Source of the DNA: an uncultured Candidatus Saccharibacteria bacterium
GTDB lineage: Bacteria > Patescibacteriota > Doudnabacteria > UBA920
Assembly (NCBI GenBank): GCA_964474825.1
Contig: CAYYWQ010000001.1
Coordinates: 820,152 to 884,151, forward strand
Direction: 5' to 3'
DNA: 64,000 bases
Below, piece by piece: positions 49,024 to 58,540 of this stretch. The notes below the pieces were generated by a model, which had not been told where the DNA came from, did not search any database, and saw only the letters and a program-made list of their open reading frames with translations. Every line of letters begins with the position of its first letter. Positions within the stretch are counted from its first letter, which is position 1. The position numbers and the translations under genes are program-made.

Positions 49024-50232
49024 TTACTTCATCTTCTTGCGAATGAAGGCGGGGATGTCCAGTTCGTCGTCTGAGGCAGAGGGATCTTCTGCGGTTGGTT
49101 TAGTAATGGGACGAATGGGCTGGGGTTGGAACGGCTGCTGCATGGGCTGGGAAGGCTGGGGGTTAAACAAAGGCTTCCTGACTTCAGTCGGCTGCAGGGG
49201 CCTGGCTTCCAATTTTTTAGTTTCCTCGCGGGTAGGAAGCTGCACCGGCATGGGACGTTTGTTGCCTTCGTCAAAACCCGTGGCAATAACAGTAATGCGG
49301 ATTTCGTCGCCCATGGCCTCTTCTACCACCGCGCCAAACTTTACTTTGGCGTCCGGGTCTATACTCTTGGTAATAACTTTGGCGGCTTCGTCTATTTCAA
49401 ACATTCCCAAGCTGCTGCCGCCGGTAATGTTAAACAACACTCCCCTGGCGCCGTCTATTGTCATTTCAAGCAGCGGAGAATTAATAGCCATACGAGCCGC
49501 GTCTTGCGCGCGGGTTTCACCGCTGGCTCTTCCAATACCCATAAGGGCCGTGCCCGCGTCTTGCATTATGCTGCGCACGTCCGCGAAGTCCGCGTTAACA
49601 ATTCCGTGGGTTGTAATTAAATCGGAAATACCGGCAATGCCCTGGCGCAAAACTTCGTCTACTGTTTTAAAAGCTTCCATGAGGGAAGTTTTTTTGTCTA
49701 TAATTTGAAGTATGCGGTCGTTGTGAATGGAAATTATGGCGTCTACTTTGTCTTTTAAATTGTCATAACCTGCCTCGGCAACTTCCTTGCGCTTGCTGCC
49801 TTCAAAAGTAAACGGCTTGGTTACAACTGCCACTGTGAGCACGCCTTTATTTTTTGCAAGCTCGGCTAAAATAGGTGCCGCGCCTGTTCCTGTGCCGCCG
49901 CCCAAACCACAAGTTATAAAAACCATGTCAGCGTTGTCTACAACTTCTTCCAGCTCCTCTACGCTTTCTTCTGCCGCCTGCCGTCCGAGTTCCGGATTCA
50001 TTCCCGAACCAAGGCCTTTGGTAATACTTTTGCCAATATGGACTTTGCGGTCTGCCTGGTTGTTGTGGAGCGCCTGGGCGTCGGTGTTAACCGCAATAAA
50101 TTCCACGCCGCGGATACCCAACTGGCTCATGCGGTTAACGGCCGAAGTGCCGGAGCCGCCAATGCCTAAGACCTTAATTCTGGCAAAAGTTTCGATTTTT
50201 GGTTTCACTTCCATTGATTGGTGTTTTTTCAT
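49024..50232 (-). CDS. ftsZ: Cell division protein FtsZ (canonical)
   Basis: GIGGSG, NTDAQAL, GGGTGTG, NADFADV and C-terminal DELDIPAFIRKK. Confidence 0.98.
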   Translation of the reverse strand: MKKHQSMEVKPKIETFARIKVLGIGGSGTSAVNRMSQLGIRGVEFIAVNTDAQALHNNQADRKVHIGKSITKGLGSGMNPELGRQAAEESVEELEEVVDNADMVFITCGLGGGTGTGAAPILAELAKNKGVLTVAVVTKPFTFEGSKRKEVAEAGYDNLKDKVDAIISIHNDRILQIIDKKTSLMEAFKTVDEVLRQGIAGISDLITTHGIVNADFADVRSIMQDAGTALMGIGRASGETRAQDAARMAINSPLLEMTIDGARGVLFNITGGSSLGMFEIDEAAKVITKSIDPDAKVKFGAVVEEAMGDEIRITVIATGFDEGNKRPMPVQLPTREETKKLEARPLQPTEVRKPLFNPQPSQPMQQPFQPQPIRPITKPTAEDPSASDDELDIPAFIRKKMK

Positions 50233-50428
50233 TTAATTTCAATTTAAAGATACCTTATAGATAAAATAAAATCAAGCCTCAAGTAGTTCAGTAGTTTGGC
50301 TTGTTTTTGTTTTTGTTTAGCCCTGTTAAATGCCGCAAAGCGGCAATTTGCCTTCGGCCAATTATTTAACAGGGTGGAACCTTTGTTTTTTTGATTATAG
50401 CATAAATTTGTAGGTTAGCAAAAAAACC

Positions 50429-50459
50429 AAAACACCCCCGCCTAAGCAGGGGTGTTTTT
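50429..50459 (-). terminator. Terminator after the 1679 aa gene
   Basis: AAAACACCCC..GGGGTGTTTT. Confidence 0.75.
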
Positions 50460-50469
50460 ATTCAATTTA

Positions 50470-53400
50470 CTAAGCTGCAGCTGCTACCGAAACCAATTCT
50501 CTAATATTGTAAGCATTCACAATCTTGGGTTTAATATTCCCATCTTTATCAACAAGAGAATTTGGCAAATAAGCTTTAGCTTCCGTTGATAAGACAACAG
50601 GCTGGCCTTCAATTAAAGCCTTGGAAAGCTCGTAACCAAACCTGTCAGCGTCATGTTCGTAATCCATTATTGCCATTAGTACTTCCATAAACTGAGGGCG
50701 GGGGCGTTCCTTCTTCCCTTTTTCGCGGCCTTCCAGTTTTTCCACTAAAGGCTTTAAGGCCTTGCGGTTAACAGCGCTCTTGGCAAAATCTTCAAAATCA
50801 ATTTCAAACTTTCTTTGAAGTAATTCTAAAACTTCTCTTTCCCCACTATAGGCTTCTAAAGGTATTTTGGGGTAACCTTTCTCTTCTTTTGAATAAACAT
50901 TGTCTAAAACTTTTCTGGCCAACTTTTCTGTAATAGCTTCGTTCAAAGCCCTACCCCGCTCGCGAATATTTTCATTAGCCCTTCTGACCATTTTTATGCC
51001 GCCTCGTCGCGGAAGATAGGCCGAGTCGCCGGGTTTTTCCGTGGCAAAGCGCCAATAATTATTAACTGCCGTGGCATGAATGACTTCGTGCGCTACAATG
51101 TGTTTAATTTCCATAATAGTCTGCTCAAGGGAGGTAGTTTCTTGCACGAGCAAATCCACGTTAACAAAGACTTCGCCCTTCTTATTAAAGAACAAACCGT
51201 AAGTATCATAGCCGCTGGTTTCAGCCTGGGCCTGGTACTCGTACATATTAACCAAGTGGATTTTTTCTATGCCGGGCAATTCACTGCGCCCCTCTTTGCC
51301 GTATTCCTCAAAAACTTCATTAACTTTGTCCAGAGTGAACTGGACAATTTGACGCAACTCAACAAGTTTTTCATTTTTGTTGAAATCGTAATTGCTTTCT
51401 TTTACAATACGCTCTAAAAACTTAATCTTTTCTTCGCGATTAGGAATACCATTTAGCTGGGCAAGATCTTTCTTGTCCGCATAAATGCCAGGCTTGCCCA
51501 AGTTGTCCAGAATATATTCCGCGATTTGGCGGTCATTTTTGAATGGGAATTTTTCCGGATAATCTTTACCAAAATCTTTTTTGTCGCCTTTAATTTTTTG
51601 GCCCCGCGTATCCACGACTACATCACCTTTACCGGTTTTAATCTTCCTGTCTGTAATTTTCTTTTTTATCTCGGGCTCATCGGGGTCATCATCATATGAA
51701 CCGTCTTCCAAATTGCCCAATCTTGGTTTAATCTCTTTCCCCTTGCCGTCCTGGATTTGTTTTTTGTTTGTTTTTGGGTCTAAAATTTCATAGCCCTGAC
51801 CTTCATGACCGCCGATCTTCTCCTGTTTCTCCTGTTTCTCCTGTTTCTCCTGTTTCTCCTGTTTCTCCTGTTTCTCCTGTTTTCCGCGTTTATAAATTTT
51901 TCTGTCAGGCAAAATAACCGGGGTAGTCCAATCATCACGCTTTATTGGGCCGTCGCTGGAGGGACCAGGTTGAATAATTCGGTCATCCCCAACAACAGGC
52001 TCCTCAGGCACTGGCGGGAAATACCCCTCGCCTTTTACAACAGAAGTAGCCAAGGTGTCAAAGTGTCCATCTTTGTCCTGGCCAATTTCCAAATACTTGG
52101 CTAATTGCTTGCCGTCGCTGTCAAAAAATGCTTTTCTAATATTTTCGTCGAATACAATATTACCCTTTGCGTCAACATGGCCGGCAATAATTCCTTCGTG
52201 GGCCTTATTCATGGCCTCGGTGGGAATAATCCTCACAACCAAATTTTCATGGAAAGTGCTTAAAAACTTCTTGGCTTCTTCTTGGTAATGCTCATGCAAA
52301 TTAACCAAATTATGCACAGCCTCTTGCAAATCTTCCGGGGCTGAGTCATCGTCGTAATCCTCGGCGTCAAAATTCGGGAATTTTACTTTTAGCTCGTTCT
52401 TAGCTTCTATTAGTTCCTGCATTTGGTTCTTTAAACCTTCTGGCATTAAATGCTGGAAGCGGCTGTCCACGGTCTGGTCCCAATTTTTACCTAACTCGTG
52501 GGTTTCCCCGCGGATATTTTTGGCAATATTTGCCAAAGCATTGTGGTAACTAAAAATAACCTTGTCACCCTTAGCTTCATGCATTAACTGGCCTTGCAAC
52601 TCTTTACCGGAATGAATATGGGAGCCGGCCGCAGTTTGTTCCGCGGTTTCCATATCGTGATTATGATGCCAGTCAAAATGAAAGATCTTGGTTATGCCCC
52701 AATTCTTCTTCCAGGCCTCGCCGGACATTAGTGGTCTCATTTCAGTATGAGTATGGTTAGTGAGTATTTCTGTACCCTTACCGCCTACTCCAGCCGCGCT
52801 CATTTCCCATGGGTGCTGGGCCAAATCTTTTTTACTCCAATGTTTAACTATTTTTTCCAAAGTAGTGCCGTGTGTTTGGAAATAATGCTTCATACCAGCC
52901 CAGTGGAATTTATCGGCCATAAAACCTAGGCCTTTGTTCAATGCAAACTGCCCCAAAACACCGCCCACGCTGCCCATAAGCGCTCCACTAACAGCCCTCT
53001 TGGTTGCTTCCCAGCGGCGGAACTTGTCAAAGTCCTTGTCTTTTTCGTTTATGTCTTTAATAAGTTCCTGGCGCACCGCCAAAGTAAACTTGTCTAAATC
53101 GGCTTCTTTTAGTCCCGTTGTCTTTAAAATTTCTGTAATTGCCAAACGCAAATCTGTTTCCGCAACTTCCGTAGTGCCGTATTTTTTACCCTGCTCTTCG
53201 TTTAAGTAAAACAAATCTACATTGTCTTTGCCTTTAGCTTCACGCATTTGCCAACGGCCCATAACTCCGGCCAAAGTTTGTTTTTCGGCATCGCTTAAAG
53301 CTGCTTTGCCTTTTAAGGTGTTTAAAGAAGCAATGGCATCTTCAAAACTCATTAAACTGCTGTATTCCCGCTCTTTGGTTAACAACTCGCTCGTCTCCCC

Positions 53401-55509
53401 GCCTAAAGTTTTTTGGCGCTGTTCCTGCGCCATGTCGTATTTCAGATCTTTACTGCGTTTGCGGTATGCCCAATACGCGCCCATAGCGCCCCCGGCAATT
53501 AAAGGCGCGGCAAAAGACACACCAACACCCAAGCCCACCAACCCGCCAGTCACGGCCAACTTACCCAAACGGCGGCCTGCTTGCCCGCCAATAACGCCTC
53601 CTATTACACCCACAGTAAATGGATTGGCAACAATCCTGCCAAGCAAGCGGTTGTCTTCAAACTTGTCTTGCAGCCGTTCCATTAAAGTCAAAAGCCCTTT
53701 GGGTTTGTTGTTAGCCAAGTCACGCTGCTGCAAACCCAACTGGAAATTTATATCCATACTGCCGGCCACGTGGTCCATAATGGCTTTTTCATTTTCCGGA
53801 CCATGTTCTTTAACTGCCTTGTCCACTTCTGCTTTAACTAAATCTTTGTAGCCTTCGGCCAAATTATAAAAATTGCTGGCAAACAGCCTTTTCTCAACAT
53901 TTTTTTGGACTTCGTTTTCCCTGACCTTATTGCCTTTTTCATCAACCGCCCATTTTTTGTCTTGTAGCAGCGGGGCAATTTTTTCCTTAACATACAACTC
54001 AACTGCGTCGCGTCCGGTTTGCCCTGTAAACTTATCGCCTAAATCGTCCCACTTGCCTTGCTGGTGCCTATAAAACAATTCGCCCGCGGCCGCGGCTAAA
54101 TTTGGGTCATTGGAAATTTTTTCACCAAGCTCCTGCTGGGCGCCGTAAAGCTCCTGCTCATACTGCACCACAACTTTGTCTAAAATTTCAAAATAATCTT
54201 TTTTGTCAGCATGAGGGCCATTTAAACCCAAAGAACCGTGCGCATATTTATTTTCAGCGCCAACTAAACGGCCCTCAATGGCTTTGAGCAGGTTGTTGTC
54301 TGTCTGAATTTCCTTTAAAGCTTCGTTGTAAAACTTTAAGCGGTAATAATTCTCGGTTAAACTGCGCGCCTTGCGCATAAACCAGTTAGACTTTTCGAAA
54401 TGATTAGTCAACTGTTCCTCAGCCTTAGTCCAGGCCATGCGTTTGGCAACTTCGGAGATGTCTATAATAAAAGCGGTCTTGGCTTTTTCTATTTTCTTAG
54501 GGTCCTCAATTTTTTTAGGATCCTCCACCTTTTTGGGATCCTCTATCTTCTTAGGATCTTCAATTTTTTTGGGGTCTTCGATCTTCTTTGGATCTTCTAC
54601 CTTTTTAGGGTCCTCAATTTTTTTAGGATCCTCCACCTTTTTGGGATCTCCCGTTTTTTCTTCTTCCTCCGCCTCTAAATCCATTTCACGGCGGTGTTTT
54701 AAAATTTCCATACCGGCTTCGTAATTGCCATGCTCACTGCCTGTGTCGCGATAATCTAACGAAACCAATTTGGCTTCGTGGCGCGTGCGCAAATTTTGCC
54801 GCTCACGCTGTGGATCTTCCCAAACATTTGGGTCTTCTCCATGTTGTTTGGTATAGTGCTCTTCCCAATATGTTTTACTGTTTTTTTCTAAATCTTTTGC
54901 CAGGTCTTCCAAAGCGCTTCCCTGCAGCATGCCTTCTTCAGCCTCCTCCTCTGCCTTTTTCCAAGCCTGGTCCGCAACATCGTACTGGCTTCCCCAATTG
55001 GCTTTTTCTATAACTTCAAAAGTTCCTTGATATTTTTCCCATAATTTATCGCGCTTTTGTTTCAGATCAGCTAAATTTTGCTTAACTTCATTCCTGACTT
55101 CTTGCCCACGCTTTCGCAAAATACCAATGGCTTCGTCTACCGGAATGCCTTCTTTTTGGTTATACCCCGGCTGGCCTCCAAAACCTTCAACAGCCACATT
55201 TATTTTTCCGTCTTTACCCGCTAGTTTAAGTCCCCCGTTTATGGAATCTATGGTATGCTCCAGGCGCTTTCTGTCCCTGCTGCCGTCCGGAAAAACCTGG
55301 CGCAATTTTTCCAGTTCGCTTACAGTGCGGGCCAGTTTTTCCCTGCGTTTTTCGTTTTCTTTTTTCTCCTTGGCTTCCCGAGCTTTGTCTTTTTGAGTTT
55401 GGCGTTTTTCTTCGGCGGCACGCTGCTCCCGGCTGGGCCTGTGTTCACGGTCCGAGTTTAAAATAACTTTTTTTTCTTCGTGATGCGGCCCAGAGTTTTC
55501 TTTGGACAT
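50470..55509 (-). CDS. 1679 aa charged/coiled-coil protein with central Gly-rich hydrophobic helices and a C-terminal HEXXH metallopeptidase-like domain
   Basis: No signal peptide; GVIGGVIGG..GGLVGLGVG segments; HIVAHEVIHA plus downstream LNEAITE. Confidence 0.8.
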   Translation of the reverse strand: MSKENSGPHHEEKKVILNSDREHRPSREQRAAEEKRQTQKDKAREAKEKKENEKRREKLARTVSELEKLRQVFPDGSRDRKRLEHTIDSINGGLKLAGKDGKINVAVEGFGGQPGYNQKEGIPVDEAIGILRKRGQEVRNEVKQNLADLKQKRDKLWEKYQGTFEVIEKANWGSQYDVADQAWKKAEEEAEEGMLQGSALEDLAKDLEKNSKTYWEEHYTKQHGEDPNVWEDPQRERQNLRTRHEAKLVSLDYRDTGSEHGNYEAGMEILKHRREMDLEAEEEEKTGDPKKVEDPKKIEDPKKVEDPKKIEDPKKIEDPKKIEDPKKVEDPKKIEDPKKIEKAKTAFIIDISEVAKRMAWTKAEEQLTNHFEKSNWFMRKARSLTENYYRLKFYNEALKEIQTDNNLLKAIEGRLVGAENKYAHGSLGLNGPHADKKDYFEILDKVVVQYEQELYGAQQELGEKISNDPNLAAAAGELFYRHQQGKWDDLGDKFTGQTGRDAVELYVKEKIAPLLQDKKWAVDEKGNKVRENEVQKNVEKRLFASNFYNLAEGYKDLVKAEVDKAVKEHGPENEKAIMDHVAGSMDINFQLGLQQRDLANNKPKGLLTLMERLQDKFEDNRLLGRIVANPFTVGVIGGVIGGQAGRRLGKLAVTGGLVGLGVGVSFAAPLIAGGAMGAYWAYRKRSKDLKYDMAQEQRQKTLGGETSELLTKEREYSSLMSFEDAIASLNTLKGKAALSDAEKQTLAGVMGRWQMREAKGKDNVDLFYLNEEQGKKYGTTEVAETDLRLAITEILKTTGLKEADLDKFTLAVRQELIKDINEKDKDFDKFRRWEATKRAVSGALMGSVGGVLGQFALNKGLGFMADKFHWAGMKHYFQTHGTTLEKIVKHWSKKDLAQHPWEMSAAGVGGKGTEILTNHTHTEMRPLMSGEAWKKNWGITKIFHFDWHHNHDMETAEQTAAGSHIHSGKELQGQLMHEAKGDKVIFSYHNALANIAKNIRGETHELGKNWDQTVDSRFQHLMPEGLKNQMQELIEAKNELKVKFPNFDAEDYDDDSAPEDLQEAVHNLVNLHEHYQEEAKKFLSTFHENLVVRIIPTEAMNKAHEGIIAGHVDAKGNIVFDENIRKAFFDSDGKQLAKYLEIGQDKDGHFDTLATSVVKGEGYFPPVPEEPVVGDDRIIQPGPSSDGPIKRDDWTTPVILPDRKIYKRGKQEKQEKQEKQEKQEKQEKQEKIGGHEGQGYEILDPKTNKKQIQDGKGKEIKPRLGNLEDGSYDDDPDEPEIKKKITDRKIKTGKGDVVVDTRGQKIKGDKKDFGKDYPEKFPFKNDRQIAEYILDNLGKPGIYADKKDLAQLNGIPNREEKIKFLERIVKESNYDFNKNEKLVELRQIVQFTLDKVNEVFEEYGKEGRSELPGIEKIHLVNMYEYQAQAETSGYDTYGLFFNKKGEVFVNVDLLVQETTSLEQTIMEIKHIVAHEVIHATAVNNYWRFATEKPGDSAYLPRRGGIKMVRRANENIRERGRALNEAITEKLARKVLDNVYSKEEKGYPKIPLEAYSGEREVLELLQRKFEIDFEDFAKSAVNRKALKPLVEKLEGREKGKKERPRPQFMEVLMAIMDYEHDADRFGYELSKALIEGQPVVLSTEAKAYLPNSLVDKDGNIKPKIVNAYNIRELVSVAAAA
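51818..51880 (-). repeat. Perfect 9 bp tandem repeat x7 encoding (QEK)7
   Basis: (TTCTCCTGT)7 on the plus strand. Confidence 0.95.
54487..54648 (-). repeat. 18 bp degenerate tandem repeat x9 encoding DPKK(I/V)E
   Basis: Nine peptide copies with synonymous codon variation. Confidence 0.95.
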
Positions 55510-55560
55510 AAAATTTTAAATAATAAAAATTCCTCGCTAATAAAAAAACGCCCAAAAACT

Positions 55561-55887
55561 TTAGGCGCCTACGTAAACTTTTTTAAATTTTTCCATTTCT
55601 TCCGCAACGACTGCCTGAAAATCCGGCACCCTGGCGCGCAAAAATTCCATAATTTCCGTCTGAGTCGCGCCTTTGTCTACCAAAACTTCCAGCGGCTGGA
55701 CATCTTTTTCTTCCAGTTTCTTAAACATAGCCTGGAGCAGCCAAGTTTCTAAACGCACTGCTAAATCTTGCGTCATTTGCACATGCAGCTCTTTTGGCAC
55801 TTCACGAATTCCTTTTTCCCACAAGCAGGAATCTAAAAACGCTTCCAAGGCGGGATCAACAGACACTTTTGTTTTATTTTCGGCCAT
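55561..55887 (-). CDS. Small helical protein, DUF5663-like (start placed at MAENK)
   Basis: 108 aa acidic helical protein ending F..VVAEEMEKFKK.Y; family assignment from recalled pattern only. Confidence 0.6.
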   Translation of the reverse strand: MAENKTKVSVDPALEAFLDSCLWEKGIREVPKELHVQMTQDLAVRLETWLLQAMFKKLEEKDVQPLEVLVDKGATQTEIMEFLRARVPDFQAVVAEEMEKFKKVYVGA

Positions 55888-56058
55888 AAAAAATGTATTA
55901 ATGGCAATTTTCTTTTTATATAACGCAACTATAGCATATTTTGGGCAAAAAGAAAAGGGAGGCACGTGCGCAAAGCGCAGGCGATCTCCCCTTCCAGTTT
56001 TTCTATTAGATCGGTAGGTTTGTTGGCAGTGACCTGTCCGATTCAATCTTTAACAACG

Positions 56059-58029
56059 TTACTTCTTGTCCTTGGAATCCGGCTTCTTGGCCGGTTTTTC
56101 CTTTGGCGCCGGAACATACAGTTCCGGGTAAAGCCGCGCAGCAGCCCGCAGCGCTTCCTTCCGAGAAGACCTGCTCGTGCCTTTCGGCTTGAGCTTATCC
56201 TGAAGCAAGGCCTTAGCGGCTGTGTCGGTCCGGGCAATCTTCTTTCCCGTGTCGCCGGTCGGCGACAGGTCAGTTTCGATCTTGGCGACTTTGGCCGCCA
56301 CCGGCTTCAACTCCGCCTCGATTTGCTCATTCGTGTACTTCCTTGCGTCGTACAAAATGAGCGACCGCTCGGTATTGCTGAGCGATCCGGTAGCGGTTCC
56401 GACCACGGGCGCATACTGGGCAATTAAAGCCCTGAAACCCGCCGGGTCAGCCGCAGCGACCTTTTGCAGGTCAGCGAGTGTAACCTCGTCTCCCCCTGCA
56501 TCAATCGCCTCCTTGATCTTAGACTGAAGGGACTGAAGGGCCTTCATCCGGCCCTCCAAGTCCGCAACCTGCGAGCGGGTTTTCACATCAACCACCACCT
56601 TGGTGAGGGTGGTAGTCTTGGTCGGCACCGGAGCAGAAACGGAAACTGGCGGCCTTGCAGCAAGCTGCTTGGCCACATAGCTCCGCATCATTTCCGTCGC
56701 TCCATCCACAACTCCCGCCTGGTCAGGCGGATAGAAGCGGAGGAGCCGACCAAGATTCTGCCCGTTCACCACCATGTTCGGCCGGGAGGCCGGAACATTG
56801 CGGTCAACAGTCAGGTTAAACTCGGTCCGGCTGCCGGACGAACGGATGTTGGCAACGCGAACGCCGGGAACAGCGCGCCCCGTCTGTACATCGGTAAACG
56901 ACACAGACGAAGCGCTGGTCGGCATACCGTCACAAACAAAGTGGCGGGTGTAACCGGTTGCCAGGTAAGGCATACCGGTCTGGAAATCGCCGCACTCGGC
57001 TGAGAAGAGGCGGGTCGCCCCAACCAGCGTTAACACTGCGATCATTGCGACCTTCGCGCCGCCATTACCGCCATTTCCACCGCCAGCGAGTGGCGGCTTG
57101 TTGGAGTCGTCTGCCTTGGGCGGGTCGGTCGGAGGCGGGGGCGGTGGAGGAGGAGTGTTCGGAGTCGCCAAGGTCACTTTAGCCTTGACGAATTTTGTAG
57201 AATCCGACTTGAGGGCGGCCGTGACGGTCACGAACCGCTCTTCCTCCAGCTTATCCGGCGCGGTGTATTCACCGTCGTCGGAAATCTTCCCGGCATCGTC
57301 CCCTGCGGGACGCAGCCACCAGAAAAGCGGTTCGGTCGCGCCAGTCACGGTGAACTTCTGCTTTTCGCCGGCCTTCAACGTGATCGTCTGGGGCGAAATC
57401 AGAAGGGTAGCAGGAGGCGGAGGTGGAGGCGCAGTGGTGGTAGCCGGACGAACCATGAACTTCACGGTCGCCGTTTTGGTCGGATCGAACACCGAAGCCA
57501 CCGTGATGGTTTCTTCGGTCTCGGCCTTCACGTCCGGAGTCGTGTAGCGACCGGTCAGGGGTGAGATGGTTCCGTGAGCGGCGGTCCACTTAACATCCGT
57601 GGAAGCCCCGCCAACAGCGTCAACCTCTGCCTGAAAATTCCAGGTCGCGCCCGCGGTAATCCCGCGCATAGGCGAAGCCTTGATGCGAACTCCGCGAACT
57701 GCAGGAGCCGCAGGCGGAACGACCGGAGGCGGAGTGGGACGGACCGGGGGAGCAACAGGAGGTGGGGGCGGAGGAGTAGGACGAACAGGCGGCACGGGCG
57801 GGGCAGACGGTTTGCGGGTAATCAGTTTGTAAATCAGCCACACCGCAAACAAAATCGCCGCGAGCAATAGTAGCCCGTCCCAGGGAATTTCCCACCCGCC
57901 GCCAGTCCCGGACTCGGGAGCAATGGCGGTCGGCACGGGGTCGTAAACCTGGGCCATCAAAGACACAAAAGCCATGAGGATGCCGGCGAGGAGCCGGGTC
58001 CAGATACTGATAAGGGTAATGCGCTTCAT
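56059..58029 (-). CDS. 656 aa multi-pass Pro-rich protein with two Ig-like (Big_2-like) domains and a C-terminal coiled coil
   Basis: Start MKRITL after AGGAG; signal plus TM; PPP linkers; two V.W....G.I...G.YTAP..VTVTA repeats; third hydrophobic segment. Confidence 0.75.
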   Translation of the reverse strand: MKRITLISIWTRLLAGILMAFVSLMAQVYDPVPTAIAPESGTGGGWEIPWDGLLLLAAILFAVWLIYKLITRKPSAPPVPPVRPTPPPPPPVAPPVRPTPPPVVPPAAPAVRGVRIKASPMRGITAGATWNFQAEVDAVGGASTDVKWTAAHGTISPLTGRYTTPDVKAETEETITVASVFDPTKTATVKFMVRPATTTAPPPPPPATLLISPQTITLKAGEKQKFTVTGATEPLFWWLRPAGDDAGKISDDGEYTAPDKLEEERFVTVTAALKSDSTKFVKAKVTLATPNTPPPPPPPPTDPPKADDSNKPPLAGGGNGGNGGAKVAMIAVLTLVGATRLFSAECGDFQTGMPYLATGYTRHFVCDGMPTSASSVSFTDVQTGRAVPGVRVANIRSSGSRTEFNLTVDRNVPASRPNMVVNGQNLGRLLRFYPPDQAGVVDGATEMMRSYVAKQLAARPPVSVSAPVPTKTTTLTKVVVDVKTRSQVADLEGRMKALQSLQSKIKEAIDAGGDEVTLADLQKVAAADPAGFRALIAQYAPVVGTATGSLSNTERSLILYDARKYTNEQIEAELKPVAAKVAKIETDLSPTGDTGKKIARTDTAAKALLQDKLKPKGTSRSSRKEALRAAARLYPELYVPAPKEKPAKKPDSKDKK

Positions 58030-58338
58030 CGAGTTATCTCCTAAAAAGGTTGCGAACTCTCCACGGACCCTATGACATCTAGGACCCAAAATATCTCGCT
58101 AAGGCACTCACGGCCTAGCACAGCAATGGGTAAAGTGAGTGCCCTTTGCGGTAACCTACCCATAACAAAATGAGTAAACAGCCGCAAAGGACAGCTCACA
58201 AAAAAACAAAAAGTAACGTTTATATCCCCCTTACAAAATTTTTAAAGAACTTTGGAGCCAAAAACTACGGGCTCACGGCTGGCTTCCCTAAAAAAGCCAC
58301 CCACAAGCCCACAATTAACTATTCAACTTTGACCTAGT

Positions 58339-58367
58339 ATTATACACCTTTTTAGGCTTTTTGTCAA
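58339..58367 (-). promoter_or_regulatory. sigma70 promoter TTGACA-17-TATAAT, ~300 nt upstream of the 656 aa gene
   Basis: Minus strand TTGACA aaaagcctaaaaaggtg TATAAT. Confidence 0.8.
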
Positions 58368-58540
58368 GGTCTAAACCAAAAACTCCTTTAAGTTTAACAA
58401 ATTCCTCTTAATTGAAACAAGAACCCCAAACTTATCTTCCGGCCGCGTAGGCAAGAAAAGAAAGTTTGGGGTTCTCTTGGTAATGATGTACTGGTCTGTT
58501 CACGGCCGCCGAGGGGCGGCGTGTCGCCGGAAATTAGTGG

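Noticed and set aside
55888-56046. N-terminal extensions in the ORF track (161 aa, 676 aa, 616 aa and 389 aa calls)
   Set aside because: The extensions run through terminators or leaders, or overlap upstream genes; downstream ATGs fit better, with SD sites for three of the four.
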